DNA from: a virus
Lineage: Duplodnaviria; Caudoviricetes
Direction: 5' to 3' (one strand)
DNA length: 64,000 bases
IMG/VR virus record: IMGVR_UViG_3300029288_000075
Coordinates: 64,001-128,000 of that record
Under the pieces are notes generated by a model, which saw only the letters and a program-made list of their open reading frames with translations, was not told where the DNA came from and searched no databases. Positions 38,562-46,480 of this stretch are shown here, piece by piece. The position numbers and the translations under genes were made by a program. The stretch's first letter is position 1. The number at the start of each line of letters is the position of its first letter.

Positions 38562-39220
38562 CCGCCCTATTGCTTTCGTACCAGCGCGTTGGTGAATACT
38601 TTGAAGGTACCGTCGGTGACACCCCGTTCGAGCGTCATTCCTTCTCAGACATGATGCTGATGGTGAGCGCTCGTATCATTCGGGAGGGGGTTTCTCAGCT
38701 CAACCTACAGCGTACAGACCGCGCCGGGTTAGCCATGGTGACCATGGAGCCCGCAATGTTCGAGTTGCTGACATCAGATCCGGCAGAGTACGTACGGTTG
38801 CATAGCCCACCTGCGCGCCGTGTGGTGGTACGTGGAGCCCCTTCAAGAGCCTCCAAAGGAACTGTACCGCTGTTGCGAGTAGGACATGACACGTTGGCGG
38901 CGGCCTTTGGAGACGTGATCTATCTGCGTATTCGCAGTGGGCGTGTGGAAAGTCCAGATACCGGTAGATGGGACCGTCTGGCGGTGGTCGAAGCGCGCAT
39001 GAACTTGCGGGAGCCACTTACGGTGGTGTACACCGATGAGGAATCAATGTCTGGCTGGGCGCTAGTTTCCACTGCTGCATTGCTCGAGCATACCCAGCCA
39101 ATCTTCTACCTACCGCGGGCGTGGAATCCGCATGGTGGGTGGATTCAAAGTAGTCAGTTACGTGAGATGTACGACAAGTACCAGAAAGAGAAGATACAAT
39201 GTCTATTGGCGACAGCGTGA
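38558..39220 (+). CDS. Hypothetical protein
   Basis: ATGA coupling. Confidence 0.6.
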   Translation: MTALLLSYQRVGEYFEGTVGDTPFERHSFSDMMLMVSARIIREGVSQLNLQRTDRAGLAMVTMEPAMFELLTSDPAEYVRLHSPPARRVVVRGAPSRASKGTVPLLRVGHDTLAAAFGDVIYLRIRSGRVESPDTGRWDRLAVVEARMNLREPLTVVYTDEESMSGWALVSTAALLEHTQPIFYLPRAWNPHGGWIQSSQLREMYDKYQKEKIQCLLATA

Positions 39221-39576
39221 ATCCACTATTTCAAGCACGGCAAGATGGCGTGCGTCGGGCAACTGATGCATCCACTGAGGTGAAAGTTCCCCCGCAGACT
39301 GTCGTGGGTGTAGCGGAAGCCAAGGTGGTGTTTGTGCACTACTGCAATGCGCGGGGGGAGATGGAGACCTCCATGTTCTTCCAGGTCGGGGATCAACTAG
39401 TGGCCCCGAAGGATACGGCGGAGTGGTGCAAACGCATCTACCCGATGTCTGATTGGATGTACAAGCAGGTGCAGGCCAAGCAGCGAGCGGCTACGGCACC
39501 AAGTGCGCCCTTGCCTCAGGGGGATTCGGTAGACGTGCTTGACGGAGGTCTCGATGAAAATCCGCCTACTGCATGA
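39199..39576 (+). CDS. Hypothetical protein
   Basis: Operon context. Confidence 0.55.
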   Translation: MSIGDSVNPLFQARQDGVRRATDASTEVKVPPQTVVGVAEAKVVFVHYCNARGEMETSMFFQVGDQLVAPKDTAEWCKRIYPMSDWMYKQVQAKQRAATAPSAPLPQGDSVDVLDGGLDENPPTA

Positions 39577-39874
39577 TTGGGTGTTGGCGAGGGTGGAACC
39601 CGCGCCGACGGAAACCCCCGGAGGTATTGTGCTAGTTGGTCCTCGACCAATTCGCACTGCCACTGTACTTGCCGTAGGCCCTGGCAAGCGGGACTCCAAG
39701 GGCCATCTAACGCCCACGCAGCTGAAGGTGGGCGACACATTCCCGTTCTTCAAAGCAGCAGCCGAGACCAAGCAGGGGTATGCCTTGACGCTGCTTCTGG
39801 AGGACAACGAGGTTTTGATCCGGGAAAGCGATGTGCTTTTCGTGACCGAGCAAGGTGTGTCGGTGACGCTGTGA
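39554..39874 (+). CDS. groES: Co-chaperonin GroES-like
   Basis: MKIRLLHDWVL...ETPGGIVL...VLAVGPG...LKVGD...LIRESDVL; GGAGG SD. Confidence 0.9.
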   Translation: MKIRLLHDWVLARVEPAPTETPGGIVLVGPRPIRTATVLAVGPGKRDSKGHLTPTQLKVGDTFPFFKAAAETKQGYALTLLLEDNEVLIRESDVLFVTEQGVSVTL

Positions 39875-40080
39875 TTAGCGCGGAAAAACAGAGAGAACTC
39901 TCGAGTATCCTAGGGGACAGGTTACGCAGCAAGAAAGACACCAGTAAGCTAGCTAGCTACGCCGCCTCCTACATACGGGATATATTTCGCGAATATCCGG
40001 AGTTGACCAGCTTACCGAACGTGGTGGAAATACTGAAGGCGTGCAGTAAGCACCTAGGCGAGGACTCATGCGGTTCATAG
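39871..40080 (+). CDS. Hypothetical protein
   Basis: GTGA coupling. Confidence 0.45.
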   Translation: MISAEKQRELSSILGDRLRSKKDTSKLASYAASYIRDIFREYPELTSLPNVVEILKACSKHLGEDSCGS

Positions 40081-40367
40081 AACGGACAGGGCCTGGTCAG
40101 CTTGGGCTGAATTACATGTGGCTTCCCACGTGGATCGGCATGAATACGCAGCTGCTCAAGGAGCTTGAGACGGCTATCTCATCGCACATCGTGGGTAAAC
40201 CCCTTGATGAAGACACGCTAGACGCTGCCCACTACCTCATCTTGGATGAGCTCGAGCGAAGGTTCCCAAACAACGCTGGACTACGCGAGTACTTGGACGG
40301 TATCAAGTTCGTGATGGAAGATGGCACTGGGCGCTGGTCGGTAGCAAGCACAGCAAGCGTGGAATGA
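40068..40367 (+). CDS. Hypothetical protein
   Basis: GAGG SD; LNYMWLPTWIG. Confidence 0.6.
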   Translation: MRFIERTGPGQLGLNYMWLPTWIGMNTQLLKELETAISSHIVGKPLDEDTLDAAHYLILDELERRFPNNAGLREYLDGIKFVMEDGTGRWSVASTASVE

Positions 40368-40546
40368 CGATGGGACAGAAGCGCGAAGACGATGGTAGGC
40401 TGCATCTGCGGATTGATCCGCGGCTGAAGCGTCGTATTCGCGAGTATGCCAGGCGGCAAGGCACGGACCTATCCAAGATTGTGACCCAAAGGTTCCTGGA
40501 GCTGCTGCGACAAGACGAGCAGCAGCGCGATGCGGAGCAGCTATGA
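40364..40546 (+). CDS. Ribbon-helix-helix DNA-binding protein
   Basis: RLHLRIDPRLKRRIREYARRQGTDLSKIV. Confidence 0.75.
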   Translation: MTMGQKREDDGRLHLRIDPRLKRRIREYARRQGTDLSKIVTQRFLELLRQDEQQRDAEQL

Positions 40547-41085
40547 ATCAGGACTACGTCATCGATACCGACTCCATTGACGTTCCGGCATCCGGAGGGA
40601 TCCCCGCGTATCTGAAGGTGTTGGAGTACATCTTTGAATTGCCCAGGGTGCAGCGGGTAGTGGTCACGCTGGACAAGATAGAGTGGACTAGATATCGACG
40701 GGCAGATGAGCCTACGACACCGGTTGAGATAGACCTGGAGTCGGTACTACCCTACAGCGTCATACGTTCGCATGACGTACAGGAAGTACTGATTGACAAC
40801 CTGCCTAATCCGATAGCTGCGCTGGGTATGCTGTTCGCAAAGGTGCACATGGACGGCTACTCTCCCATCCTTTTTGTGACGGGGATGCAGAGCATACTTC
40901 CGCGTTGGTATTCACAGCAGACAGGGGTGGTGCTGCCCCCAGGCACACTGCATGGGCATCAAGTCTTGGGTGACAGCCACATTGACGACGAGACACTCAT
41001 ACTTTGCGCGGGCGTAAGTCGACGAGCGTCGCTGGTCGACACGCAGATGTCTTACAAGATTACGTTGCCAAGGAGAGCACGATGA
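40543..41085 (+). CDS. Hypothetical protein
   Basis: ATGA coupling. Confidence 0.6.
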   Translation: MNQDYVIDTDSIDVPASGGIPAYLKVLEYIFELPRVQRVVVTLDKIEWTRYRRADEPTTPVEIDLESVLPYSVIRSHDVQEVLIDNLPNPIAALGMLFAKVHMDGYSPILFVTGMQSILPRWYSQQTGVVLPPGTLHGHQVLGDSHIDDETLILCAGVSRRASLVDTQMSYKITLPRRAR

Positions 41086-41552
41086 CAATATCTACAGTCA
41101 TGGCGCAGGCAGGGGCGCTGGATGAGGGAATGTTGGCGGAGATAGCCAAGTGGAGGCTACCGTTGCAACTAGATTCCCAAGCGGAACCCTTCGAAGAACC
41201 CGGAGAGGCAGCGGAGGCCATAGAGGAGGCACTTACCGGCAAAGAGGCGGTGGAAGTGCGAACCACTGATTTGAGTGCGCTCAAGCAGTACCTGAAGACG
41301 CAGACCAAGGGGCGTCTCCGAATCAAGACGGATGACGAAGACGAAACCTTCGCTGTCACGTTTGGTACAACCACTTCGGGGGGTATCCTCATCCCATGGC
41401 AGGCAGACTCCCTGGAAGAGCACCTTACCAACGGCGATTCCTACTTGCTGTGCGAAGGGAGACGTGTCTTCTTTTCTCGTGTCGAGGATCTATTCTTCGG
41501 AGAGAAGAAGGCTTTCATCCTCTGCACCGTTGACGAGAGACCCAGCACATGA
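41082..41552 (+). CDS. Hypothetical protein
   Basis: AGGAG SD, ATGA coupling. Confidence 0.6.
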   Translation: MTISTVMAQAGALDEGMLAEIAKWRLPLQLDSQAEPFEEPGEAAEAIEEALTGKEAVEVRTTDLSALKQYLKTQTKGRLRIKTDDEDETFAVTFGTTTSGGILIPWQADSLEEHLTNGDSYLLCEGRRVFFSRVEDLFFGEKKAFILCTVDERPST

Positions 41553-41998
41553 CGAAGGACGACGTAATCATCGCGCTGGCCCGAAAGAGTGGCTTCGAAG
41601 TGGTGCAGCAGCGCGAGACCGCGAACCAACTATGGCTCATGGGGCGTAGTCACCCAGACCGCTGGGGGTTCTTTTCGCTGCTCATCAACGAGCTGCTAGT
41701 GGCTTCGGACGAGCATGCCGAGATCCCTTGGACGTGCGATGTCTCCAAGAAGTACCTGCGCAGGGGTGAGCAGCTGGTGTTTGGGTGGCGTTTGATTTTT
41801 CAGGCCACGCAAGTGCAGGCGCAGTACCCCAGCATCATTGCTGTCATTCAAAGGGCACCACGACCTGAGGCAGTGGAGTTGCAGAGTCAATTGCTGCCTG
41901 GTTACAAGCCCGGCGATGTGCGAGGCGGGGTCAACGACAAGGGCAAGGGATCCAGTAGTGCTGGCTCGTTGCCGCAGATCCTGCAAAGGAGAACGTAA
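41549..41998 (+). CDS. Hypothetical protein
   Basis: ATGA coupling. Confidence 0.6.
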   Translation: MTKDDVIIALARKSGFEVVQQRETANQLWLMGRSHPDRWGFFSLLINELLVASDEHAEIPWTCDVSKKYLRRGEQLVFGWRLIFQATQVQAQYPSIIAVIQRAPRPEAVELQSQLLPGYKPGDVRGGVNDKGKGSSSAGSLPQILQRRT

Positions 41999-42663
41999 TG
42001 CCTGTCTCTGACGGACCAATCAGGTACGACGACGTACGCGAGGGGCCTCTGGTACTGACGACGGAGGAGGCTGCCATCTACGCCAGAGAGAAGGCACGGC
42101 TACAACACATCCTGAGCGATCCGAAGGTCGTGGCCAAGTACAAGCTCGAGATCATCTTTGGCAGGGTGCGTACCGCTCGAGGGTTGACGCCGGGGGCAAT
42201 TACCTTTTGGGCCAATGGAACCAAGTTCCATGGGGGTGGGGACGACAAGTTGTACCTGTGCCCTGGGCGGAGAAAGAAGAAGAGCGATTGCGAGGCAGTT
42301 CTGCAGGCGGCCTACAACAGCGCCATAGGAATTACCTGTCCTGCCTGCGGTGTCACTTGGCTGAATGATGATGTAATAGGGGAGATTTTCCTCAATTTGG
42401 ATATGCGGCATTGGGCGCAGGCGGTATACAACTTCTTCTGTAGGTTTGAATGCGACTGCGACTTGTACTTGAAGCATTCGCCGTCTGATGTACGATCCAT
42501 AGCTCTTGCCCAATCTCAACGACAAACCTGGGTTGGTTCGAAGAACCTGGAGAAGGCAAGAAGTTCTAGAGCTCGAGTGATCTACCCACTACGCAACATC
42601 ATCAAAGACACATCGGCCGGCGCGGATCCTTTGCGTCGCTTTTACGACTTCATAACAGCATGA
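41998..42663 (+). CDS. Zinc-binding hypothetical protein
   Basis: LYLCP...DC...CPAC. Confidence 0.6.
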   Translation: MPVSDGPIRYDDVREGPLVLTTEEAAIYAREKARLQHILSDPKVVAKYKLEIIFGRVRTARGLTPGAITFWANGTKFHGGGDDKLYLCPGRRKKKSDCEAVLQAAYNSAIGITCPACGVTWLNDDVIGEIFLNLDMRHWAQAVYNFFCRFECDCDLYLKHSPSDVRSIALAQSQRQTWVGSKNLEKARSSRARVIYPLRNIIKDTSAGADPLRRFYDFITA

Positions 42664-43115
42664 ACACGCAAAGCACCTTCAAGCGATTGGCCCATGAGCG
42701 CGCCGTCTTCTTGGCTCTGTCCCGGGTGGTGCAAGAGCGTTACCTGACGGTTGAGGGGGCAGAGTCTCCGGAACAGCGCATTGAATGCGACGACTTGCCG
42801 CGTGGTGATTGCCAAGTACCTGAGGACGCCATCATGGACGTGGTCCTTCGGTTGGACCGCATGGCCGCGAAGAGGGCAAGAGAACTCAGCAGATTCAGGC
42901 TAGTACCAACATCGGAGGAAAGCGATGAGCAGGAGTGGGAAGAAGCAGGCGAAACGGCAGATACGAGCAAAGGTGGTCGCAAAGAAGATGCAGCGGCGCA
43001 CAAGCAAGGAAAGAGTAAAGGTAGCAGCGGAAATACTCAAGCTGCAGCAGCTGGGGGCGGTAAGCACAAATCCGGATCTGGCGCAGCTAAGTCGGGAAGC
43101 AGGAGCAACCCGTGA
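42660..43115 (+). CDS. Hypothetical protein
   Basis: ATGA coupling; low-complexity tail overlaps the next gene. Confidence 0.55.
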   Translation: MNTQSTFKRLAHERAVFLALSRVVQERYLTVEGAESPEQRIECDDLPRGDCQVPEDAIMDVVLRLDRMAAKRARELSRFRLVPTSEESDEQEWEEAGETADTSKGGRKEDAAAHKQGKSKGSSGNTQAAAAGGGKHKSGSGAAKSGSRSNP

Positions 43116-43449
43116 CGGTCTCAACAACCTGATTCGTGGGTTCAACAAGAACGCGCAAGCCTTTGCCGACGCCGCAGCCAACCTTGACGCCAGAATCGGG
43201 GCGCTCATGCTCGTGGGTGACGACCTTGTCTCTCTGCTTCCTGCAGACCAAACGGAGGTTACTACCTACGAGGATGCGGAAGGAAAACGCAAGGTCCACT
43301 GGGAGGCTTACATCAAGCACTACGTGGACAACGTCCGCGCCTTGGCGCTGAAGACCAAGGAAGCAATGACGTCTGCAGCAGACCAAGAAGAGGACTCGGA
43401 AGAGCCCATTGTGTTTGGAGGCAACCATGAAGCTGGTGGCAACGGATAG
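42925..43449 (+). CDS. Hypothetical protein (basic N-terminus, acidic C-terminus)
   Basis: GGAGG SD before ATG 42925. Confidence 0.55.
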   Translation: MSRSGKKQAKRQIRAKVVAKKMQRRTSKERVKVAAEILKLQQLGAVSTNPDLAQLSREAGATRDGLNNLIRGFNKNAQAFADAAANLDARIGALMLVGDDLVSLLPADQTEVTTYEDAEGKRKVHWEAYIKHYVDNVRALALKTKEAMTSAADQEEDSEEPIVFGGNHEAGGNG

Positions 43450-43630
43450 ACGAGCACGAAAAGTTACCGACGGCGTTGCCGTCGTGCATGAGTCAGCTCC
43501 TGGCGGCATGCGAAAGATACGCTGCCCGGCGACACATCAGCTGGCAGTGACCTCGAGATCTACCGATGGATCCACCGTGCTGCGAACCCCTGGCGGGGTG
43601 ACGTATGTCACGAAGAGGCTTGGACGGTAG
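43427..43630 (+). CDS. Small hypothetical protein
   Basis: GGAGG SD. Confidence 0.5.
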   Translation: MKLVATDRRARKVTDGVAVVHESAPGGMRKIRCPATHQLAVTSRSTDGSTVLRTPGGVTYVTKRLGR

Positions 43631-44018
43631 CTTCTCGCAGCATGACCCAGCTGTTGTTGCTTGGTAGGTGTCCCACGATCTGAAAGCCGTGCTTGCGGTA
43701 CAGTCGAATGGCCCGAGGGTTGTCTTTCTTTACCGTCAGCATGGCCTTTTCGTTTTCTTGCAGTAGTCTCTGGAGGAGCTGCGTACCGAATCCAACCCTT
43801 TGGTAGTCGGGATGCACTCCTAGGCGTAGTAGGTCCATGACGTTGTGACTGTTGCGCACTAGGGCGTATGCAACTACATCACCAGCCACTTCAATTACCC
43901 AGCCAAGGCCATGCTGTGCCTCGTTGGCCAGGGTGGTTTCGTTCAGGGCATTCTCTGGGAACAAGATGCTGTCCAAGTGAGCCAGTACATCTGCGTCAAA
44001 TCTTGTAACGTCACGCAT
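43608..44018 (-). CDS. GNAT (RimI-like) acetyltransferase
   Basis: LGVHPDYQRVGFGTQLL, NPRAIRLYRKHGF. Confidence 0.85.
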   Translation of the reverse strand: MRDVTRFDADVLAHLDSILFPENALNETTLANEAQHGLGWVIEVAGDVVAYALVRNSHNVMDLLRLGVHPDYQRVGFGTQLLQRLLQENEKAMLTVKKDNPRAIRLYRKHGFQIVGHLPSNNSWVMLREATVQASS

Positions 44019-44040
44019 GCCGTCATGGTACAACAAAAGC
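44019..44040. promoter_or_regulatory. Bidirectional overlapping -10 promoter
   Basis: Plus strand TGGTACAAC-N6-ATG(44041); minus strand TACCAT-N6-ATG(44018). Confidence 0.6.
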
Positions 44041-44259
44041 ATGCCAGCACAACCACCAGTTTTATCTGTCTCGTTCGGGCCGATGTACGACGACGGCGAC
44101 GATGGTGGTTTGTCCCGCGGCGATATCGAGAAGTTGGTCGATGAGGACATCGGCAAGTTCGACGAGTTCTTTCAAACCGCGCTTCAGAACGGTTCGCTGT
44201 CAAAGCCCGAGAGGGCAATCATCAAGACCTACCTAGCGTACAAGCTATCGTTGATGTGA
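44041..44259 (+). CDS. Small hypothetical protein
   Basis: Leaderless ATG; LSKPERAIIKTYL. Confidence 0.6.
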   Translation: MPAQPPVLSVSFGPMYDDGDDGGLSRGDIEKLVDEDIGKFDEFFQTALQNGSLSKPERAIIKTYLAYKLSLM

Positions 44260-44315
44260 CTATTGCAGCGCTGGCGCGCCCTGTGTATGACGGACGTACG
44301 ATTCGGAGACTAGCT

Positions 44316-44720
44316 ATGGCAAGCAAGCAAGTTACTCAGCATGCGTGTGATCGGTGCAAACGCATATGGTATGTGGACGTGGGAGCAAAGGCGGTTGCCA
44401 CTACGGTGTGCATAGAGGCCGACTTGGATGGCGTGCAGCTGTCCGTGAAGCATGACTGTCTTTGCGCTGGTTGCCGCTCCACCGTGAAGGGACTTCTCGA
44501 GCAGATTGCCAAGACCATCGAGAAGGCCTCCCCGATTCGGACGGCTAAGAAAAAGGACAAGAGGACAGCAGCCGCAGAGGTTACCCCTCCGCCAGCTGCA
44601 GTCCCCTCACCACCTATGAAGCCGCCGCCACCAAGTGTGGTGGTCGCGCCAGCGGCATTGACGGCCGTGTCGGCATCTGCCGCACGATCTGGTGGAGTTC
44701 CTGCCCATCCCACCAGATGA
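44316..44720 (+). CDS. Zinc-finger protein with Pro-rich tail
   Basis: CDRC...CAGC; GGAG SD. Confidence 0.55.
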   Translation: MASKQVTQHACDRCKRIWYVDVGAKAVATTVCIEADLDGVQLSVKHDCLCAGCRSTVKGLLEQIAKTIEKASPIRTAKKKDKRTAAAEVTPPPAAVPSPPMKPPPPSVVVAPAALTAVSASAARSGGVPAHPTR

Positions 44721-45192
44721 CTTGACGCTTCGGAGTGCCTTCGAAGGTTCCACCGGGCGGGATGCTCATGAAGATCCCATCGTTACGCTTGAACACGAAC
44801 AGCATCCGCATCATGCAGTCCGTGGTAGTGCATGTAATGAGGCTCGGGTAGTTGTGCCCTATCTCTCTCGATGCACCTAACCTGGTGTAACCTACCTCTT
44901 GGTCATGGCAAATGTCGACCCACACCATGGCCTTGCCATCAGCGTTGGACTTTTCAATGTCTTGGGCCACCAGGTAGATGCCATGCGCTTTGACGTCGAT
45001 GGTCCCATGCATCAGTCGAAACTTGCACGGGTCGTCGTCGGGGTGCGCCAGTAGTCTTCCCAATGAACTGCCTATTGGGATGACTACTGGGTTTCCACTC
45101 TCTACCGATTTGCCCATTGGTACGCCCAGCGTTGGTCGCACGGTAATGCGGCAGCCTGCGTTGACTCTGTCAGATACCTCGTAGACACGCAT
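44614..45192 (-). CDS. Hypothetical accessory protein
   Basis: GAGGAGGAG SD; downstream of a GATAAG promoter. Confidence 0.6.
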   Translation of the reverse strand: MRVYEVSDRVNAGCRITVRPTLGVPMGKSVESGNPVVIPIGSSLGRLLAHPDDDPCKFRLMHGTIDVKAHGIYLVAQDIEKSNADGKAMVWVDICHDQEVGYTRLGASREIGHNYPSLITCTTTDCMMRMLFVFKRNDGIFMSIPPGGTFEGTPKRQVIWWDGQELHQIVRQMPTRPSMPLARPPHLVAAAS

Positions 45193-45233
45193 CGCTCCTC
45201 CTCGTAAGCAGACCCCACGTCCGCTTCAAGGTA

Positions 45234-45262
45234 CTTATCCCCGAGCTATGCATGCCTTTTCA
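45234..45262 (-). promoter_or_regulatory. Phage sigma-28-like promoter
   Basis: TGAAA-N14-CGGGGATAAG. Confidence 0.7.
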
Positions 45263-45267
45263 GGCAG

Positions 45268-45546
45268 TCAACTGGCTAGGAGCACTGGCTGGAAGTACGC
45301 GAAGGCAGAGCGCACCGCCTGTAGAGCGCACTCCCGAAGACTTGCCAGATCTTCTGAGGGGGTCGGTAGTCTGTACACGACCGACAGTGCGAGTTGGGCC
45401 GACGCCTCGGAGGTCACATCTAATCCCCGTAGAGCTTGCACCGCGACGGCATGCCCCGCCCGCTCGTAGTCGGTACGGCACATGTCGAGCATTACCTGTG
45501 CATTTTCGAGGGCATTGGAGCGCTCGATGTAGGTTTGCTTTGTCAT
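45268..45546 (-). CDS. Hypothetical helical protein
   Basis: AAGGTG SD-like; amphipathic helices. Confidence 0.55.
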   Translation of the reverse strand: MTKQTYIERSNALENAQVMLDMCRTDYERAGHAVAVQALRGLDVTSEASAQLALSVVYRLPTPSEDLASLRECALQAVRSAFAYFQPVLLAS

Positions 45547-45681
45547 GGGTCACCTTGCGGTTGGGGTTTGATTGAATTGCCTACGTGTAGTGTGGTCACT
45601 TCTTTCCGAAGTTCAAGAAAATTCAGCGTGCGTGCTTGTAGTGGGTTCAACTCTTGTTGGCAACCTCGTGACGAACTGGGG

Positions 45682-45722
45682 GCTAAGAAAAGACGATGAA
45701 GGCTTACCGCCCTCACGTCCTT
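45682..45722 (-). terminator. Intrinsic terminator
   Basis: GACG-TGAGGGC-GGTAA-GCCTTCA-TCGTC then TTTTCTTAGC, the same tail as at 3671. Confidence 0.6.
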
Positions 45723-45742
45723 TCCCATGCAGTTTCCTGCAG

Positions 45743-46003
45743 TTACACCACGCGTCGCATCGACCACAGCGTGCCTGCCAACGCCAACATCGCGATGGGT
45801 ACAGCCACCGAGCACACCTGCAGTGTGCGTTTAGCCAACCCCCAATAGGTGTATTCCCTGGGCACATATACGCTGGCTTGCGCCATTTGCTGCGCTGCCT
45901 GCTCCATGCCTCCCAAGGCAGTGCCTATGGTTTCCAGCACCTGCAGTGCCGGGTCGCTCTTGGTCTTCCTGGTTTGCGCGGTCTCCTGCTGTACTTCGCT
46001 CAT
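45743..46003 (-). CDS. Small membrane protein
   Basis: GTGGAGGAAC SD; C-terminal hydrophobic helix. Confidence 0.6.
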   Translation of the reverse strand: MSEVQQETAQTRKTKSDPALQVLETIGTALGGMEQAAQQMAQASVYVPREYTYWGLAKRTLQVCSVAVPIAMLALAGTLWSMRRVV

Positions 46004-46079
46004 GTTCGGTTCCTCCACGGCGCTTAGGCCGTAACGTTGTTGTAGTTTTCGTCGAGCACTTTGCTCTAGGCTGCGCACG

Positions 46080-46196
46080 TCAATCATCGAAGCGCCCCCG
46101 GGCTTGCGCCTCCCGAATCGCGTGCATGGTTTCGTTGTGTTGCCGAATGGCAACTTTGAGCAGGGAAATCCCTGTCCACGCTAAAGTGATCAGCAT
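46080..46196 (-). CDS. 38-aa peptide MLITLAWTGISLLKVAIRQHNETMHAIREAQARGRFDD (below the ORF-track cutoff)
   Basis: GGAGG SD directly after the repeated promoter cassette. Confidence 0.6.
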   Translation of the reverse strand: MLITLAWTGISLLKVAIRQHNETMHAIREAQARGRFDD

Positions 46197-46199
46197 TGT

Positions 46200-46245
46200 A
46201 GTTCCTCCACTACCTTTCTTATCCCCGTTTATGACCACTTTTTCA
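46200..46245 (-). promoter_or_regulatory. Phage sigma-28-like promoter plus 28-bp repeat, copy 2
   Basis: TGAAA-N13-CGGGGATAAGAAAGGTAGTGGAGGAACT. Confidence 0.75.
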
Positions 46246-46274
46246 CGGAGCTAAGTTTCAGTGTGTCAAGGTCC

Positions 46275-46431
46275 TGTAAACGGCACCCCACCAGCGAAGT
46301 GAGGGGGAGGGACTTCGCTGGTGGGGCAGTGGGGTAGAACTACGGTGGAGGCTTGCCGAAGGCAGCCACCGCGTAGGCGTTGGTCTCAGAGGAGGTAACC
46401 TGCCAACAGAGGAGATGCGCAACACCTACAA
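46275..46431 (-). ncRNA. Candidate three-hairpin small RNA with CCUCC/CUCCU motifs
   Basis: No ATG on the minus strand; upstream TGCAAA-N14-GGGCATAAG; stems GTAGGTGTTG/CAACGCCTAC, CGGTGG/CCACCG and a perfect 15-bp stem at 46286-46326. Confidence 0.45.
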
Positions 46432-46480
46432 CTATCTTATGCCCTGCGTTCGCTGAAGTTTGCAGTGCTACGCTAGGGGC

